Source: a candidate division WOR-3 bacterium (GTDB lineage Bacteria; Hydrothermota; Tepidihabitantia; Tepidihabitantales; Tepidihabitantaceae). From it: a DNA stretch of 64,000 nt. Numbering within the stretch: position 1 is the stretch's first letter; each line of letters begins with the position of its first letter. Both the position numbers and the translations under genes were made by a program. Below, one piece after another: positions 39,986-52,419 of the stretch. The stretch lies in assembly GCA_965648905.1 (NCBI GenBank), contig CBFGIT010000014.1, positions 14,066-78,065 on the forward strand, written 5' to 3'. Under the pieces are notes generated by a model. The model had not been told where the DNA came from. It did no database searches and worked only from the letters and a program-made list of their open reading frames with translations.

Positions 39986-40135
39986 AAGACCTCCTTAGCA
40001 GGTCAGGTATATTCTCGCGGCCCGGAGCTTGTTGTCAAGCTGAGAAGTGAGCCTGCGTGCTCGAGGGGCGAGCGTGAGTTGACGCGGTCCCCTGAGCCGG
40101 AGGAACACACGACGGCCTGATGCGAGCGACTGAGG

Positions 40136-40696
40136 CTATCTGACGTGGCAGCTTCCGCCGCCGTGCCTGGCGAAGTACTTCTGATGGTACTCCTCGGCGG
40201 GCCAGAAGGTCCTGGCAGGTACAATCTCCGTGACCACCGGCCGCTTGAGCCTGCCGGACTGGTCGAGCTTCTGCTTGGAGGCGAGCGCCGCGGCCTGCTG
40301 TTCAGGTGTGTGATAGAATATCGCGGACCGGTACTGGGACCCGATATCGGGACCCTGGCGGTTCTTCGTCGTCGGGTCGTGCATGTTCCAGAACACGGTG
40401 AGCAACTGGTCGTAGCTCACAACCGCTGGATCGAAGACAATCTGGACCGCTTCAGCATGGCCGGTCTTGTCGGTGCAGACCTGTTGGTAGGTCGGGTTGT
40501 CGGTGTGGCCGCCGGTGTAACCGACAGTGGTCGAGACAAGGCCTTTGACCTGGTCGAACGCGGCCTGAACTCCCCAGAAACACCCGGCCGCGAACGTTGC
40601 GGTTTCAGTCCTGTTCACAAGTTCCTCCTTGGGTATTCCCGCATCGGCGGACAGGCCCGACACGAGCAACATCAGCATCCATGCGGTCTTGAGCAT
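40136..40696 (-). CDS. msrA: Peptide-methionine (S)-S-oxide reductase with a putative signal peptide
   Basis: AGCFWG, VGYTGG, TGHAEAV, [22 protein letters not shown]-terminal CH. Confidence 0.95.
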   Translation of the reverse strand: MLKTAWMLMLLVSGLSADAGIPKEELVNRTETATFAAGCFWGVQAAFDQVKGLVSTTVGYTGGHTDNPTYQQVCTDKTGHAEAVQIVFDPAVVSYDQLLTVFWNMHDPTTKNRQGPDIGSQYRSAIFYHTPEQQAAALASKQKLDQSGRLKRPVVTEIVPARTFWPAEEYHQKYFARHGGGSCHVR

Positions 40697-40730
40697 TTCT
40701 TAGTTAGACGCGAGAAGTGGCTGCGGCGAA

Positions 40731-41036
40731 TCAGCCGCGCCACTGGTAGAGTTCGAGCGGAACCCGGCCGTCTCCTGAAAGCCTGATGCCTTCGGCCTCC
40801 AGGGCCCGGCGCTGAACGTCGCAGCCTGCACCGGTGAGCGATATGGCGCCTCTGCTGTTGATGACCCGGTGCCAGGGCAGGTTCTCTTTGTCTGAGAGCG
40901 ACCGGAGAACCCAGACAACCTGGCGCGTGGCGTGCGGGTCTCCGGCCATGGCCGCAATCTGGCCATAGGTCGCCACGCGGCCTTGGGGGATGCTCTTGAT
41001 GACCTTCACGACGCGGTTCACAAAGGGGTTGAGCAT
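40731..41036 (-). CDS. Alkyltransferase-like (ATL/YbaZ, MGMT family) DNA-binding protein
   Basis: IPQGRVATYGQIA...ATRQV...LPWHRVINSRG, with Trp in place of the catalytic Cys. Confidence 0.92.
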   Translation of the reverse strand: MLNPFVNRVVKVIKSIPQGRVATYGQIAAMAGDPHATRQVVWVLRSLSDKENLPWHRVINSRGAISLTGAGCDVQRRALEAEGIRLSGDGRVPLELYQWRG

Positions 41037-41141
41037 GGGTCAGGCTACGAAGTTGCGGCCGCAAGTCAAGCGCTTCAAGACAGGTTTTGACCTGCGGATA
41101 TGTCGGGATAGAATAGCGTCAGGAATCCAAAAGGAGACACC

Positions 41142-43367
41142 ATGCGGAGATTCACTATTGTTCTGTTCTGTATCTGTGCCATCGGCTTTGCCCAGCCCGA
41201 GTCATGGGACAAGGTGATGATGGCGCCCGCGGTCATGCCCATGGACATGTGCTTTCTCGCTGACGGCCAGCACGGCTGGTTTGTCGGCTCGGCCAGCGCA
41301 GGCGGGGAGGTTCTTACGGTCGTCATGGTCACACTAGACCGGGGAGAGACTTGGCGCAAGCTGCCGTTTCCGGACTCAAGCAGCACCAGTCTTGGGGGTG
41401 TGTTCTTCGTGTCGCCTGAGCGCGGCTGGGTCGTGGGCAGTTCAGGCTACATCAGTCGTACCACCGACGGCGGCATGACGTGGACGAGGCAGACCAGTCC
41501 GGCGAGCCGCAAGCTCAGCCGCGTCCACTTCGTCAGTGACCAGATCGGCTGGATTACCGGCGGCTGGAATGACGGTAGCCAGTATCTTGTGCTCAAGACC
41601 ACGAACGGAGGCACGACATGGCAGAACCTGAGCTTTGGCTCGGACTGCTACTCGTGCGAGGATATCTGGTTCGCGGATACGCTGAACGGCTGGCTTGTCG
41701 GCCAGAGCAGTTCTATCAACCCCTTCATCCAGCACACGACCGACGGCGGCACGACGTGGAGCCTTCAGAGTGCACCGATTCCTTCGGGCAATGGGCCAGT
41801 TTCGTCGGTCTGTTTCCCGACGCCAAGCATCGGTTGGGCCGTGGTTTCGAGTATCTATCAGTCGCCGTCCGGCACGATTCTGCACACGACTGACGGCGGG
41901 ACGACCTGGGGTGCGCAGGGCTCGACCGGGCTGCACTACAACTATGCCCTTGACGCACCGGATACGCTGCACGTGGCGATTCTTTCGACCCAGGTGCTGG
42001 GCAATGCGACGGGCCGTCTGGTTGTCACCACGAACGGCGGCCAGAGTTGGTCAAGCTACAGCCTGCCGACTTACAGCTACGGTTACGGATGCCAGTACCG
42101 GGGTAGCGACATCTGGGTGGCGCAGGACAATAGCCAGGTAGTGCACAGCTCGAACAGTGGCATGAGTCTGGACTGGCAGTTCTACGCACCGATGTGGCAG
42201 TCAGCAGGCTGGAGCTCGGCCCAGGACGGTTGGCTGGTGGCCGGTTCTTCGAGCGGGCCGGGGTACTGCTATCGGACGACTGATGGCGGGACAAGCTGGT
42301 CCCGTGACCGAAACGCTCCGGGCGGGGTGCAGGTGCAGTTTGTCGACTCAGACCACGGCTGGATGCTTCGAGAAGGCAACAGCGCCAGGGTCTGCAGGAC
42401 CACTGATGGCGGGCAGAACTGGGCCGAGTTCAGCGTCGGCACCAGTTCCTGGGTCGGCCGGATGTTCTTCGCCAGCGAGGATTCGGGTTGGGCCTGCGGC
42501 AGCCAGGGCACGATGCGCGTGACCACGAACGGCGGTGCAACCTGGACGGCCCAGAACCTGAATACCTCGAACTACTGCGAAGACGTGTTCATGTTCAACT
42601 CGAAGACGGGCTGGGCTGCCGGCGGGTATGGCAGCGGCAACGGCTTCATTCGGTTCACCACTGATGGCGGGGCGAACTGGCAGACTCAGAATCCGGGTGG
42701 TAGCGCACACGTCAATCGGCTGTTCTTTCTGGATGCGCAACTCGGCTGGGCCGGGTGCTATGGCGGCGAGGTCCAGAGGACGACCGACGGCGGCGCGACG
42801 TGGAGCATTGTCGGCTCAGTGCCGCACTTCTACCTGGAGGCTCTGGTCTTCACTGATGCCCAGACTGGGTGGCTGGCCGCAGGCAACGCGGGCGGGAGTC
42901 AGCCAGGCGAGGATGGCCGAGGCTTCATATACAAGACCACCAATGGCGGCATCACCTGGCAGCAGGAGTACGCCGCACCGTGGCCGCGCGGCTGGGTACA
43001 GGATATCAGTCGCCAGCCCGGCGGCCTGCTCTGGGCCTGCGGCAACCATTCAGGCCTGCTCAAGACTATGCCGCCGCAGGCAGTCGAGGAGCATCCCAGG
43101 TCAGCATCGGACGAACTGCGCCTGCGAGCGTGGCCGAGCCTTGGCAACGTGCCGGTGCAACTTGAGTTCGCATTGCCGCGCGCCGGGTCGGCGCGGCTGG
43201 CGGTCTATGATGCGGCCGGGCAACTTGTGACGAATCTCGTGCAGGGGTGCATGTCGCAAGGCCAACACTCGGTGGTTTGGGCTCCAGGGGAGGCGGCGTG
43301 CGGCGTCTACCTGTGTCGGATTGAGGCACTGGGCCAGGAGCGCACGGTCAAGGTCTGTCGCCAGTAG
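41142..43367 (+). CDS. Secreted YCF48/BNR (Asp-box) repeat beta-propeller protein with a T9SS-like CTD
   Basis: Signal peptide; more than 10 T-T-D/N-G-G-x-T-W repeats with F-x-x-x-x-x-GW; ends YDAAG...GVYLC...KVCRQ. Confidence 0.9.
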   Translation: MRRFTIVLFCICAIGFAQPESWDKVMMAPAVMPMDMCFLADGQHGWFVGSASAGGEVLTVVMVTLDRGETWRKLPFPDSSSTSLGGVFFVSPERGWVVGSSGYISRTTDGGMTWTRQTSPASRKLSRVHFVSDQIGWITGGWNDGSQYLVLKTTNGGTTWQNLSFGSDCYSCEDIWFADTLNGWLVGQSSSINPFIQHTTDGGTTWSLQSAPIPSGNGPVSSVCFPTPSIGWAVVSSIYQSPSGTILHTTDGGTTWGAQGSTGLHYNYALDAPDTLHVAILSTQVLGNATGRLVVTTNGGQSWSSYSLPTYSYGYGCQYRGSDIWVAQDNSQVVHSSNSGMSLDWQFYAPMWQSAGWSSAQDGWLVAGSSSGPGYCYRTTDGGTSWSRDRNAPGGVQVQFVDSDHGWMLREGNSARVCRTTDGGQNWAEFSVGTSSWVGRMFFASEDSGWACGSQGTMRVTTNGGATWTAQNLNTSNYCEDVFMFNSKTGWAAGGYGSGNGFIRFTTDGGANWQTQNPGGSAHVNRLFFLDAQLGWAGCYGGEVQRTTDGGATWSIVGSVPHFYLEALVFTDAQTGWLAAGNAGGSQPGEDGRGFIYKTTNGGITWQQEYAAPWPRGWVQDISRQPGGLLWACGNHSGLLKTMPPQAVEEHPRSASDELRLRAWPSLGNVPVQLEFALPRAGSARLAVYDAAGQLVTNLVQGCMSQGQHSVVWAPGEAACGVYLCRIEALGQERTVKVCRQ

Positions 43368-43674
43368 CCGGTCTTTGCTGCTCTGACCTTGGAGTGTCGG
43401 CCCAATCGGCAATCGCCGGTGTTCTTCTAGCTTCGAAATCGCAACTTCCCGTCAGTGCACTCGGACGCGACGTGATGTCCTTCTGACGGCCGTTGTCAAC
43501 AGCCTGCCGTAGCGTACCTTCTTACCGTGGGCATAGACACGGAAGCAAAGGACGGGTGGTCCTGGTGCATGAAGTGGCGGAGCAGAGAAAGCTGCGGTCT
43601 CGGAGTTGGAACGACGCGTGGTCTTGACCACGACCCTGAAGGAAGTATCATACCATTGACCAAAGGAGTTCTGC

Positions 43675-45996
43675 ATGAAGCGACTCGCTGTCTTTGTGTT
43701 CGTGGCTCTGCTTTCGGCGGCAACCGCCCGCGCGCAGGTCAGGACCAGAACCATCTACCTGCCCGACAGCCTTTCCGGCGTGCTCTCTCCCCAGTATGCG
43801 TTGTATGACCCGGCAACGGACAAGCTGTTCGTCGCGGGTAATCTCGGTCAGGCCTTGGCGGTTCTTGCTGCGGACGGGCTGGAGCGGCTCAAGCGGCTGC
43901 CAATGCCTTCATTCGTCAGAACGATGGCCCTGGACCCGGTGCGCGGCAGGGTGTACGTGCCGGTGTTCGACTCCGGCGTAGTGTTGGTCATCGACGCAGC
44001 GCGGGACAGCATCGTCAGTCGGATTCGCGTCGCCTCGGCCCCCTCGGCGATTGCGTTCAGTTCCCGTACGAACCGGATGTACGTCACGTCGCAGTTCTCA
44101 GACAGCCTTGCGGTCATCGATGCCGCAAGCATGCAGGTGGTTCGCTTCGTGCGCCTGCTGCGGCAGCAGGATGCGGTCGCGGTCAACCCGGCGGCGCACA
44201 AGGTGTACGTCTCCAGTTCGAGTCATGACTCGGTCTACGTGGTCGATGACAGCACGAATGTGCTCCTGCGTGTCGTACCGGTTACGCGTTCGCCCTGCTT
44301 CCTGCTGGCGGTGCCGGAAGAGAATAGGCTGTACTGTGCCTGCCGGGTCGCGGACCAGGTTTGCGTGCTTGACGCAACCAGCGACTCGCTCATTGCCCGT
44401 GTGCCGGTCGGGCGGACGCCGCAGTACCTATGCCACAGTCCGGCTGACAACTGTGTCTACGCGTCGAACTGGCAGGGCAGTACGGTATCGGTCATCGACA
44501 GCCGGGGCGATAGTGTGGTTGCCACGGTCGCGGTCGGCGCGAATCCGATTACCATGGTCTGTCTGCCGCCGGAGAGCACCGTGTTCTGCACCAACCGGTC
44601 ATCGAGCACGGTCAGCGTCATCGACTGCCGGAATCACCAAGTCGCAGCCACAATTCCGGTCGGCAGCGTGCCGATGGCGATGAGCTACATATCGCGTCAC
44701 AGCCGGGTGGTATCAGCGGGTGAAGACGACAGCCGGCTGGTCGAAATCGACGGCGCGACAAACCAGGTGACTAAACAGACGTTCGTCGGACTCTCGCCCT
44801 GGCACCTGCTCTGGCCCGGCACCGAAGACAAGCTCTACTGTGCTTGTCCCATGAGTGACGTCGTGGCCGTACTCGACCCGGTTCAGGGTCGGCTGCTGCG
44901 CCTGATAGATGCGCCGGGCGGGCCGGGTACGCTGCTCGCGGTTCCTGGTCGCCGGCTCTACGTTAGTTTGAAAAACTCCGGTAGTGTGGGCGTGGTCGAC
45001 CTCGCGACCGACTCGCTGGTGAGAACCTTCAGCGTAGGGCAGAATCCCTCTTTTCTCTCTTACTTGGAATCACGCAACAAGGTCTACTGCGCCAACGCCG
45101 CAGACTCAAGCGTATCGGTCATCGACCCGGACCGGGATTCGGTCCTTGCCACGCTGCGGGTCGGCTTCAACCCGGAGCCAATGGTAGCGAAATTCGGCAA
45201 GGCATACGTTGTGAACCGCGCTGCCATGCCGGGAACGGTGAGTGTGATTGACGGGGCGGGCGACTCGGTCCGGACTACGATTCAGGTCGGCCTACGGCCT
45301 CACTCCATCGCCTGGTCGGACAACTACAGCAGGGCATATGTCGTTAACGACCTGTCGAACGACGTGACCGTGATTGACGGTCGCACCGACCTCGTGCTGG
45401 CAACCGTACCGGTCGGCAGCTTTCCCTGGGCGGTCTGCTGCAACCAGGCGCAGAACAAAGTCTACGTTGCCAACCTGATGCAGGGAACGGTCTCGGTCAT
45501 CGACTGCGCCACGAACCAGGTGATACGGAACATCGCGGTCGGCGGCGGGCCACAGGTGCTGTTGTGGACCAGCAGCCTCGGCCCCAGCCTCGTCTTCTGC
45601 GTCAACGGCAGCGCGCAGACCGTGTCGGTGATCGACGGCGTAACCGACTCGGTCCTTGCTACCCTGCCCATCGGCGAGTACGCGTGCGCGCTCGAACAGA
45701 CCGGAGCCACGGTCTGCGTCGCCAACCGCAACGGCTCGACGCTTACCCTGCTTGAGAACCTGACCGGGCTCGCGGCCAGCAGCACCGGCACACAGCCCGG
45801 CCTACCCGCGACTCCCACGCTCGTGCGTTCAGACGCGGAACTCAGCCGCCTCCGGGACAACGCGGCGCTCTTCGACGTTCAAGGCCGCAGGCTGGCCGCG
45901 TCATCGTCTCCTACACCCGGCGTGTACTTCGTGCGGAGCTCGACTGGTGCTCGGCGGGAAGGGGCGCGCGTCACCAAGCTCGTCTTAACCAGGTAG
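43675..45996 (+). CDS. Secreted YVTN/YncE beta-propeller repeat protein with a T9SS-like CTD
   Basis: Repeats of K-V-Y-x-A-N...V-S-V-I-D...I-x-V-G-x-x-P; ends FDVQGRR...PGVYFV...KLVLTR. Confidence 0.9.
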   Translation: MKRLAVFVFVALLSAATARAQVRTRTIYLPDSLSGVLSPQYALYDPATDKLFVAGNLGQALAVLAADGLERLKRLPMPSFVRTMALDPVRGRVYVPVFDSGVVLVIDAARDSIVSRIRVASAPSAIAFSSRTNRMYVTSQFSDSLAVIDAASMQVVRFVRLLRQQDAVAVNPAAHKVYVSSSSHDSVYVVDDSTNVLLRVVPVTRSPCFLLAVPEENRLYCACRVADQVCVLDATSDSLIARVPVGRTPQYLCHSPADNCVYASNWQGSTVSVIDSRGDSVVATVAVGANPITMVCLPPESTVFCTNRSSSTVSVIDCRNHQVAATIPVGSVPMAMSYISRHSRVVSAGEDDSRLVEIDGATNQVTKQTFVGLSPWHLLWPGTEDKLYCACPMSDVVAVLDPVQGRLLRLIDAPGGPGTLLAVPGRRLYVSLKNSGSVGVVDLATDSLVRTFSVGQNPSFLSYLESRNKVYCANAADSSVSVIDPDRDSVLATLRVGFNPEPMVAKFGKAYVVNRAAMPGTVSVIDGAGDSVRTTIQVGLRPHSIAWSDNYSRAYVVNDLSNDVTVIDGRTDLVLATVPVGSFPWAVCCNQAQNKVYVANLMQGTVSVIDCATNQVIRNIAVGGGPQVLLWTSSLGPSLVFCVNGSAQTVSVIDGVTDSVLATLPIGEYACALEQTGATVCVANRNGSTLTLLENLTGLAASSTGTQPGLPATPTLVRSDAELSRLRDNAALFDVQGRRLAASSSPTPGVYFVRSSTGARREGARVTKLVLTR

Positions 45997-46192
45997 ACGG
46001 AATCCGACGAGACCCGACACTTGAGTGTCTGCGGTCTGTGCCCCGGCTCTGGCACGACACCGTGAATCCCGACCGGGTCGAATGCCACTGGGCCGGACCC
46101 GCAGAGCGCGGGGGCGGCAGAGCCAGTCGCGCAAGGGCAGAGTGACCGCCAGGCCGTCAAGCACAGGCTGGTCGTGGCCGGGTGCAGAATGT

Positions 46193-46318
46193 CAACACGC
46201 AGCCGGGTGGGATGCTCTGGGCCCGTGGCAGTCCACCTCTGCCGGACTGAATTGTCGGGCCAGGAGCGCACGGTCCAGGTCTGTCGGCAGTAGCCGGTCT
46301 CTGTTTCTCCGACCTTGG
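46193..46318 (+). pseudogene. Relic copy of the 3' end of gene 41142-43367
   Basis: 46231-46318 matches 43305-43392 at 72/88 nt ungapped (VHLCRTELSGQERTVQVCRQ* versus VYLCRIEALGQERTVKVCRQ*). Confidence 0.8.
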
Positions 46319-46474
46319 GGTTGACTCGGTCGAAATTGACCCAGCTACGCCGTCTGGTATAATTTTCTTAGTGTCCGTCAGTTAGGGAGGAAGCAGGAAA
46401 GGTCGTCTGTCTCGTACAGTAGATGACATATCGACAACTACCGATGTCAGCGTCGGGAATCAGAAGGGGAAGCA

Positions 46475-47194
46475 ATGCACAGAGCAGGGACAATCGTCGT
46501 CATGGTGTTGGTTGCCGCGGCTCAGGCGGCGGCGTTTTCGTTCGGAGGGGAACTTGACCTGAACTCGCGCTACGTCTGGCGCGGGGTGGCGCTGAGTCAG
46601 GGGCCGGTGGCACAACCTTCAGTCTGGTTCACACTCGGGGATTTCACGTTCACGCCGTGGGCCAATATTGTGCTCTGGGGAGAAGACGATAAGTGGCAAT
46701 TCAACGAACTGGACCTGACTCTATCCTATGAGAAAGAGTGGCTGGGGATTGAAGTGTCGCCCTCGCTTGCGTACTACTTCTACCCGAACCAGGAAGACGC
46801 GCCGTCCACCGCGGAGCTGGGGCTTGAGCTTTCGAGGTCGATTGGCCCGGTTGACGTCTCAACGAGTCATGCTGTCGACCTGCGGGCATACCGGGGTGCG
46901 TACTACGGGACGATTGGGCTGGAGTACGAACAGGAGTTGACTTCCGAGCTTGGCGCCGAGCTCTCGGTTGAAGCCGGCCTGGGCTCGGCCCGGTTCAACG
47001 AGAGCAACTTCAAAGTGAACAAGACCGCACTGAACGCAATCGGGGCAGAGGTGTCGCTGGAGTGGTCGCCGGCCGGCCTTTTCTACCTGCGACCGCACGT
47101 CAATTTGAGCGCATTGGTGGATTCGGGGCTGCGCGAAGCAGCCGAAACAGGGACACTCTTTACGGCCGGACTGGCAATCGGGAAGGAGTTCTAG
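46475..47194 (+). CDS. Putative outer-membrane beta-barrel (TorF/TIGR02001-like)
   Basis: Signal peptide; SRYVWRG-x-x-x-x-x-GP-x-x-QP; ELDL; alternating strands; C-terminal Phe. Confidence 0.75.
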   Translation: MHRAGTIVVMVLVAAAQAAAFSFGGELDLNSRYVWRGVALSQGPVAQPSVWFTLGDFTFTPWANIVLWGEDDKWQFNELDLTLSYEKEWLGIEVSPSLAYYFYPNQEDAPSTAELGLELSRSIGPVDVSTSHAVDLRAYRGAYYGTIGLEYEQELTSELGAELSVEAGLGSARFNESNFKVNKTALNAIGAEVSLEWSPAGLFYLRPHVNLSALVDSGLREAAETGTLFTAGLAIGKEF

Positions 47195-47197
47195 AAC

Positions 47198-48922
<1,725 letters not shown>

Positions 48923-48926
48923 AAGG

Positions 48927-49373
48927 ATGAACGACGAGAGCAACGGTCGGCCGGTCGAAGTCCTGTTGGTCGAGGACAACATCGGCGATGTGCGTCTGAC
49001 TCAGGAGGCGCTGCGCGAAGCCAAAGTCCACAACAACCTGAGTGTGGTCAACGATGGGGTCGAGGCGATGGCTTTTCTGCGGCGGGAAGGCAAGTATGCC
49101 GGGGCTCCACGACCAGACCTGGTGCTGCTGGACCTGAACATGCCGAGAAAGGACGGTCGAGCAGTCCTCGCCGAGGTGAAGGCCGACCCTAACCTGAGAC
49201 GGATACCGGTGGTTGTCCTGACGACATCCAAAGCCGAGGAGGACATCGTCCGCAGCTATGAGTTGCATGCCAACAGTTACGTGACCAAGCCGGTGGACTT
49301 CGAGCAGTTCATGAAGGTGGTGCAGTCAATCGAGGGTTTCTGGCTGACTGTGGTCAAGTATCCGAACAACTAG
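48927..49373 (+). CDS. Single-domain response regulator (Rcp1-like)
   Basis: LLVEDN-x-[30 protein letters not shown]; start at ATG 48927. Confidence 0.93.
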   Translation: MNDESNGRPVEVLLVEDNIGDVRLTQEALREAKVHNNLSVVNDGVEAMAFLRREGKYAGAPRPDLVLLDLNMPRKDGRAVLAEVKADPNLRRIPVVVLTTSKAEEDIVRSYELHANSYVTKPVDFEQFMKVVQSIEGFWLTVVKYPNN

Positions 49374-49385
49374 ACCAGAGGGGGA

Positions 49386-52300
49386 TTGTTGAGCAGCGAT
49401 TCGGTCCGAGTACTGCTGGTCGAAGACAATCCGGGTGATGCGCGGCTGCTGGCCGTGCTGCTGCAAGAGGCGGGCGGAAACGAGTTTGTTCTGACCCATG
49501 TCGAGCGGCTGGCCGATGCGGTGCAGGCGCTCAAGGCAGACAGGTTCGACGCGTTACTGCTCGACCTCTCCCTGCCTGATTCGAGCGGCATGGATACGGT
49601 GCGGACGGCCCGGGCCGCGGCCGGTCTGATACCGATTGTCGTGATGACCGGGCTCGATGATGAGCAGAAGGCGCTCGAGGCCTTGCGCTGTGGAGCCCAG
49701 GACTATCTGGTCAAGGGGCAGCACGACGGTAAGCTGCTGGTCCGGGCACTGCGCTATGCCCGGGAGCGGGCGCGAATCGAAACGGCGCTGCGCGAGAGCG
49801 AGGAGCGATTCCGCCGGTTCTTCGAGAACGACCCGGAGTACTGCTACATGGTGGCGCCTGAAGGGACGATTCTGGACGTGAACCGGTCGGCTCTGTCGGC
49901 CCTGGGCTACAGCCGCGAGGAGCTTGTCGGCCGGCCGATCAGCCATGTCTACGCTACGGAGTCAAGGGCCCGGGCCGAGGAACTGATGGCACGCTGGCGC
50001 GAAACCGGGCTCCTGGCCAATGAGAGCGTCACCGTGGTCACCAAAGGTGGCGTCTGCCTTGATGTGCTTTTGAGCATGTATGCGGTGCGCGATGACACCG
50101 GGACCGTAGTTCATTCGGTGTCGGTGCAGCGCGACATTACCGAACTCCGGCGGGCCGAAGAGCTGCTCAAGCACTCTGAGGAGCGTTACCGTTCCACGCT
50201 CGACGGAATGATGGAAGGCTGTCAGCTCATCAGCTCGGACTGGACCTATGTCTATGTCAACCCGGCAGCCGCGGCCCAGGCACGAATGCCACGCGACCAG
50301 ATGGAGGGGCGGCGGATGTCCGAAGTCTACCCGGGCATTGAGCAGACACCGCTCTACGCCGCACTCAAGGAGTGCCTGGAGCAGCGCGTGCACCGCCGAC
50401 TCGACTACGAGTGGACGTATCCGGACGGAAACAGTGCCTGGTTTGAGCTGAGTATCCAGCCGGTCGCAGACGGCCTGTTCGTGCTTTCGCTCGACATCAC
50501 GGAGCGCAAGCGATTTGAAGCGGCGCTGCGCGAGAGCGAGGAACGGTACCGGGACCTGTTCGACAATGCCAGCGATATGATCCAGAGTGTTGGGCCGGAC
50601 GGCCGGTTCCTTTACACCAATAACGCCTGGCGCAAGGCTTTGGGTTACACCGATGAAGATCTGGCGAAAATGACTCTGTTTGACGTGATGGCACCGTCGT
50701 GCCGGGAGACGTGCATCGACCGGTTCAAGGAAGTCATGAGCGGCAGGCAGATGGAGGGAGTCGAAGCGACATTCATTGCCAAAGACGGCACCGAGGTCGC
50801 GGTCGAAGGAAGCGTCAACTGCAGCTTCCGTGACGGCCGGCCGGTGGTAACGCGCGGCTTCTTCCGCAACGTCACTGAGCGGAAGCGGGCTGAGGAGGCG
50901 ATGCGGGTCGTGCAGGAGCGGCGCGAGCAACTGGAGGCAGTGGTCGGCCGCAGTCCGGCCGTGGCATTCAAGTGGCGGACCGATGACGCCCTGACCGTTG
51001 ACTTTGTCTCGGACAACGTCCGTCAGTTTGGCTACTCGCCGGAGGACTTCACGAGCGGCCGGGTCCACTACGTCGACATCCTGCACCCGCACGACCGGGC
51101 GCGGGCTCTGGACGAAGCGCGGCAGTACGTCGCGGCCGGAGTAGCGGAGTTCGTTCAGGAATACCGGATAATCACTGAAGCGGGTGACGTGCGTTGGGTT
51201 GAGGACCGGACCTGGGTGCCGCGCGAGCCGGATGGGGCCGTCCGTTACCATCAAGGCATCGTCATCGACGTCACCAGCCGGAAGCAGGCCGAGCAGGAAC
51301 TGAAGGAGAGTGAGCGTCGCTTCCGCGAAATCATGGAGAACGTTGAGCTGGCCGGCGTGACGCTCGACTTGACCGGCAACGTTACGTTCGTCAACGATTT
51401 CCTTCTCCGACTGACCGGCTGGTCAAGAGAGGAAGTGATCGGTCAGAACTGGTTTGATCGGTTCATTGCCGAGGCGGACCGGCCGGCCCGCCGGCTGCGT
51501 TTTCTGGGCCGGGTGCAAGGTGACGGTACGCCGTACCGACACGAGAACGAAGTCGTTACCCGGACCGGCGAGGTACGCACGATATCATGGAGCAGCACGT
51601 TCCTGCGTGACAACCGGGGCAGAATCAGTGGCGTGACGAGCATCGGCGAAGACGTGACTGAGGAGCGCAGAACCCGGGCCGAACTGGCCGCGAAGAACGC
51701 CGAATTACTCCAGTTGAACGAGTTCAAGAATCAGATGCTCGGCATGGCGGCCCATGACTTGCGCAACCCGCTGGCGGTCATCCACACGGCGAGCAGCTTT
51801 TTGGCCACCGATTCGTCAAAGACTCTGAGCGAGGAGAAGCGAACCGACTTCATGCACCGGATCCATGCCAACAGCGAGTTCATGGTGAAGCTGATTGACG
51901 ACCTGCTCGACGTCGCGCGGATTGAGTCGGGTAAGCTGGAACTGGAGCTTGAGCCGACCGAACTGTGCCGGTTGATTGACGACAGCCTCAGCATCAACCG
52001 GGTGCTTGCCGAGCAGAAGAATATCAAGCTGGAGTTCGCCGCGGAATGCGTCGTGCCACCGCTTCCCCTGGACCGGAACAAGATGGCCCAGGTCATCAAC
52101 AACCTGGTCACCAACGCGCTCAAGTTCTCCCAGTCGGGCACGAGTGTCCGGGTTTCGGCCGCGCGTGAGAACGGTCGGGTTGTGGTCGCGGTTGCGGACC
52201 AGGGGCAGGGGATTCCGGCCGACGAGCTTTCGAAGCTGTTCCGGCCGTTCGGCAAGACGAGCGTGCGCAGTACTGCGGGCGAGAAGAGCACCGGGCTGGG

Positions 52301-52412
52301 ACTGGCGATTTCGCGTCGGATTGTCGAGGCGCACGGTGGAAACATCTGGGCGGAGAGTGAAGTCGGACGAGGTTCGGTGTTCCGCTTCTCACTGCCGGTG
52401 GGTTCAGGTTAG
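49386..52412 (+). CDS. Hybrid REC + 5 PAS/PAC + histidine kinase
   Basis: N-terminal REC domain; five PAS units ending DITE-x-K/R-like; AAHDLRNPL; NLVTNALKF; STGLGLAI. Confidence 0.93.
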   Translation: MLSSDSVRVLLVEDNPGDARLLAVLLQEAGGNEFVLTHVERLADAVQALKADRFDALLLDLSLPDSSGMDTVRTARAAAGLIPIVVMTGLDDEQKALEALRCGAQDYLVKGQHDGKLLVRALRYARERARIETALRESEERFRRFFENDPEYCYMVAPEGTILDVNRSALSALGYSREELVGRPISHVYATESRARAEELMARWRETGLLANESVTVVTKGGVCLDVLLSMYAVRDDTGTVVHSVSVQRDITELRRAEELLKHSEERYRSTLDGMMEGCQLISSDWTYVYVNPAAAAQARMPRDQMEGRRMSEVYPGIEQTPLYAALKECLEQRVHRRLDYEWTYPDGNSAWFELSIQPVADGLFVLSLDITERKRFEAALRESEERYRDLFDNASDMIQSVGPDGRFLYTNNAWRKALGYTDEDLAKMTLFDVMAPSCRETCIDRFKEVMSGRQMEGVEATFIAKDGTEVAVEGSVNCSFRDGRPVVTRGFFRNVTERKRAEEAMRVVQERREQLEAVVGRSPAVAFKWRTDDALTVDFVSDNVRQFGYSPEDFTSGRVHYVDILHPHDRARALDEARQYVAAGVAEFVQEYRIITEAGDVRWVEDRTWVPREPDGAVRYHQGIVIDVTSRKQAEQELKESERRFREIMENVELAGVTLDLTGNVTFVNDFLLRLTGWSREEVIGQNWFDRFIAEADRPARRLRFLGRVQGDGTPYRHENEVVTRTGEVRTISWSSTFLRDNRGRISGVTSIGEDVTEERRTRAELAAKNAELLQLNEFKNQMLGMAAHDLRNPLAVIHTASSFLATDSSKTLSEEKRTDFMHRIHANSEFMVKLIDDLLDVARIESGKLELELEPTELCRLIDDSLSINRVLAEQKNIKLEFAAECVVPPLPLDRNKMAQVINNLVTNALKFSQSGTSVRVSAARENGRVVVAVADQGQGIPADELSKLFRPFGKTSVRSTAGEKSTGLGLAISRRIVEAHGGNIWAESEVGRGSVFRFSLPVGSG

Positions 52413-52419
52413 CAGGAGC

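Noticed and set aside
40570..40600. Selenocysteine form of MsrA
   Set aside because: The active site is encoded as Cys (GCFWG, TGT).
43305..46318. Repeat pair as a diversity-generating retroelement TR/VR
   Set aside because: Mismatches are not adenine-specific and no reverse transcriptase is in the window.
46360..46474. Small hairpins in the leader of the barrel/CHASE4 operon as a c-di-GMP riboswitch
   Set aside because: Lacks the recognisable class I or class II consensus.
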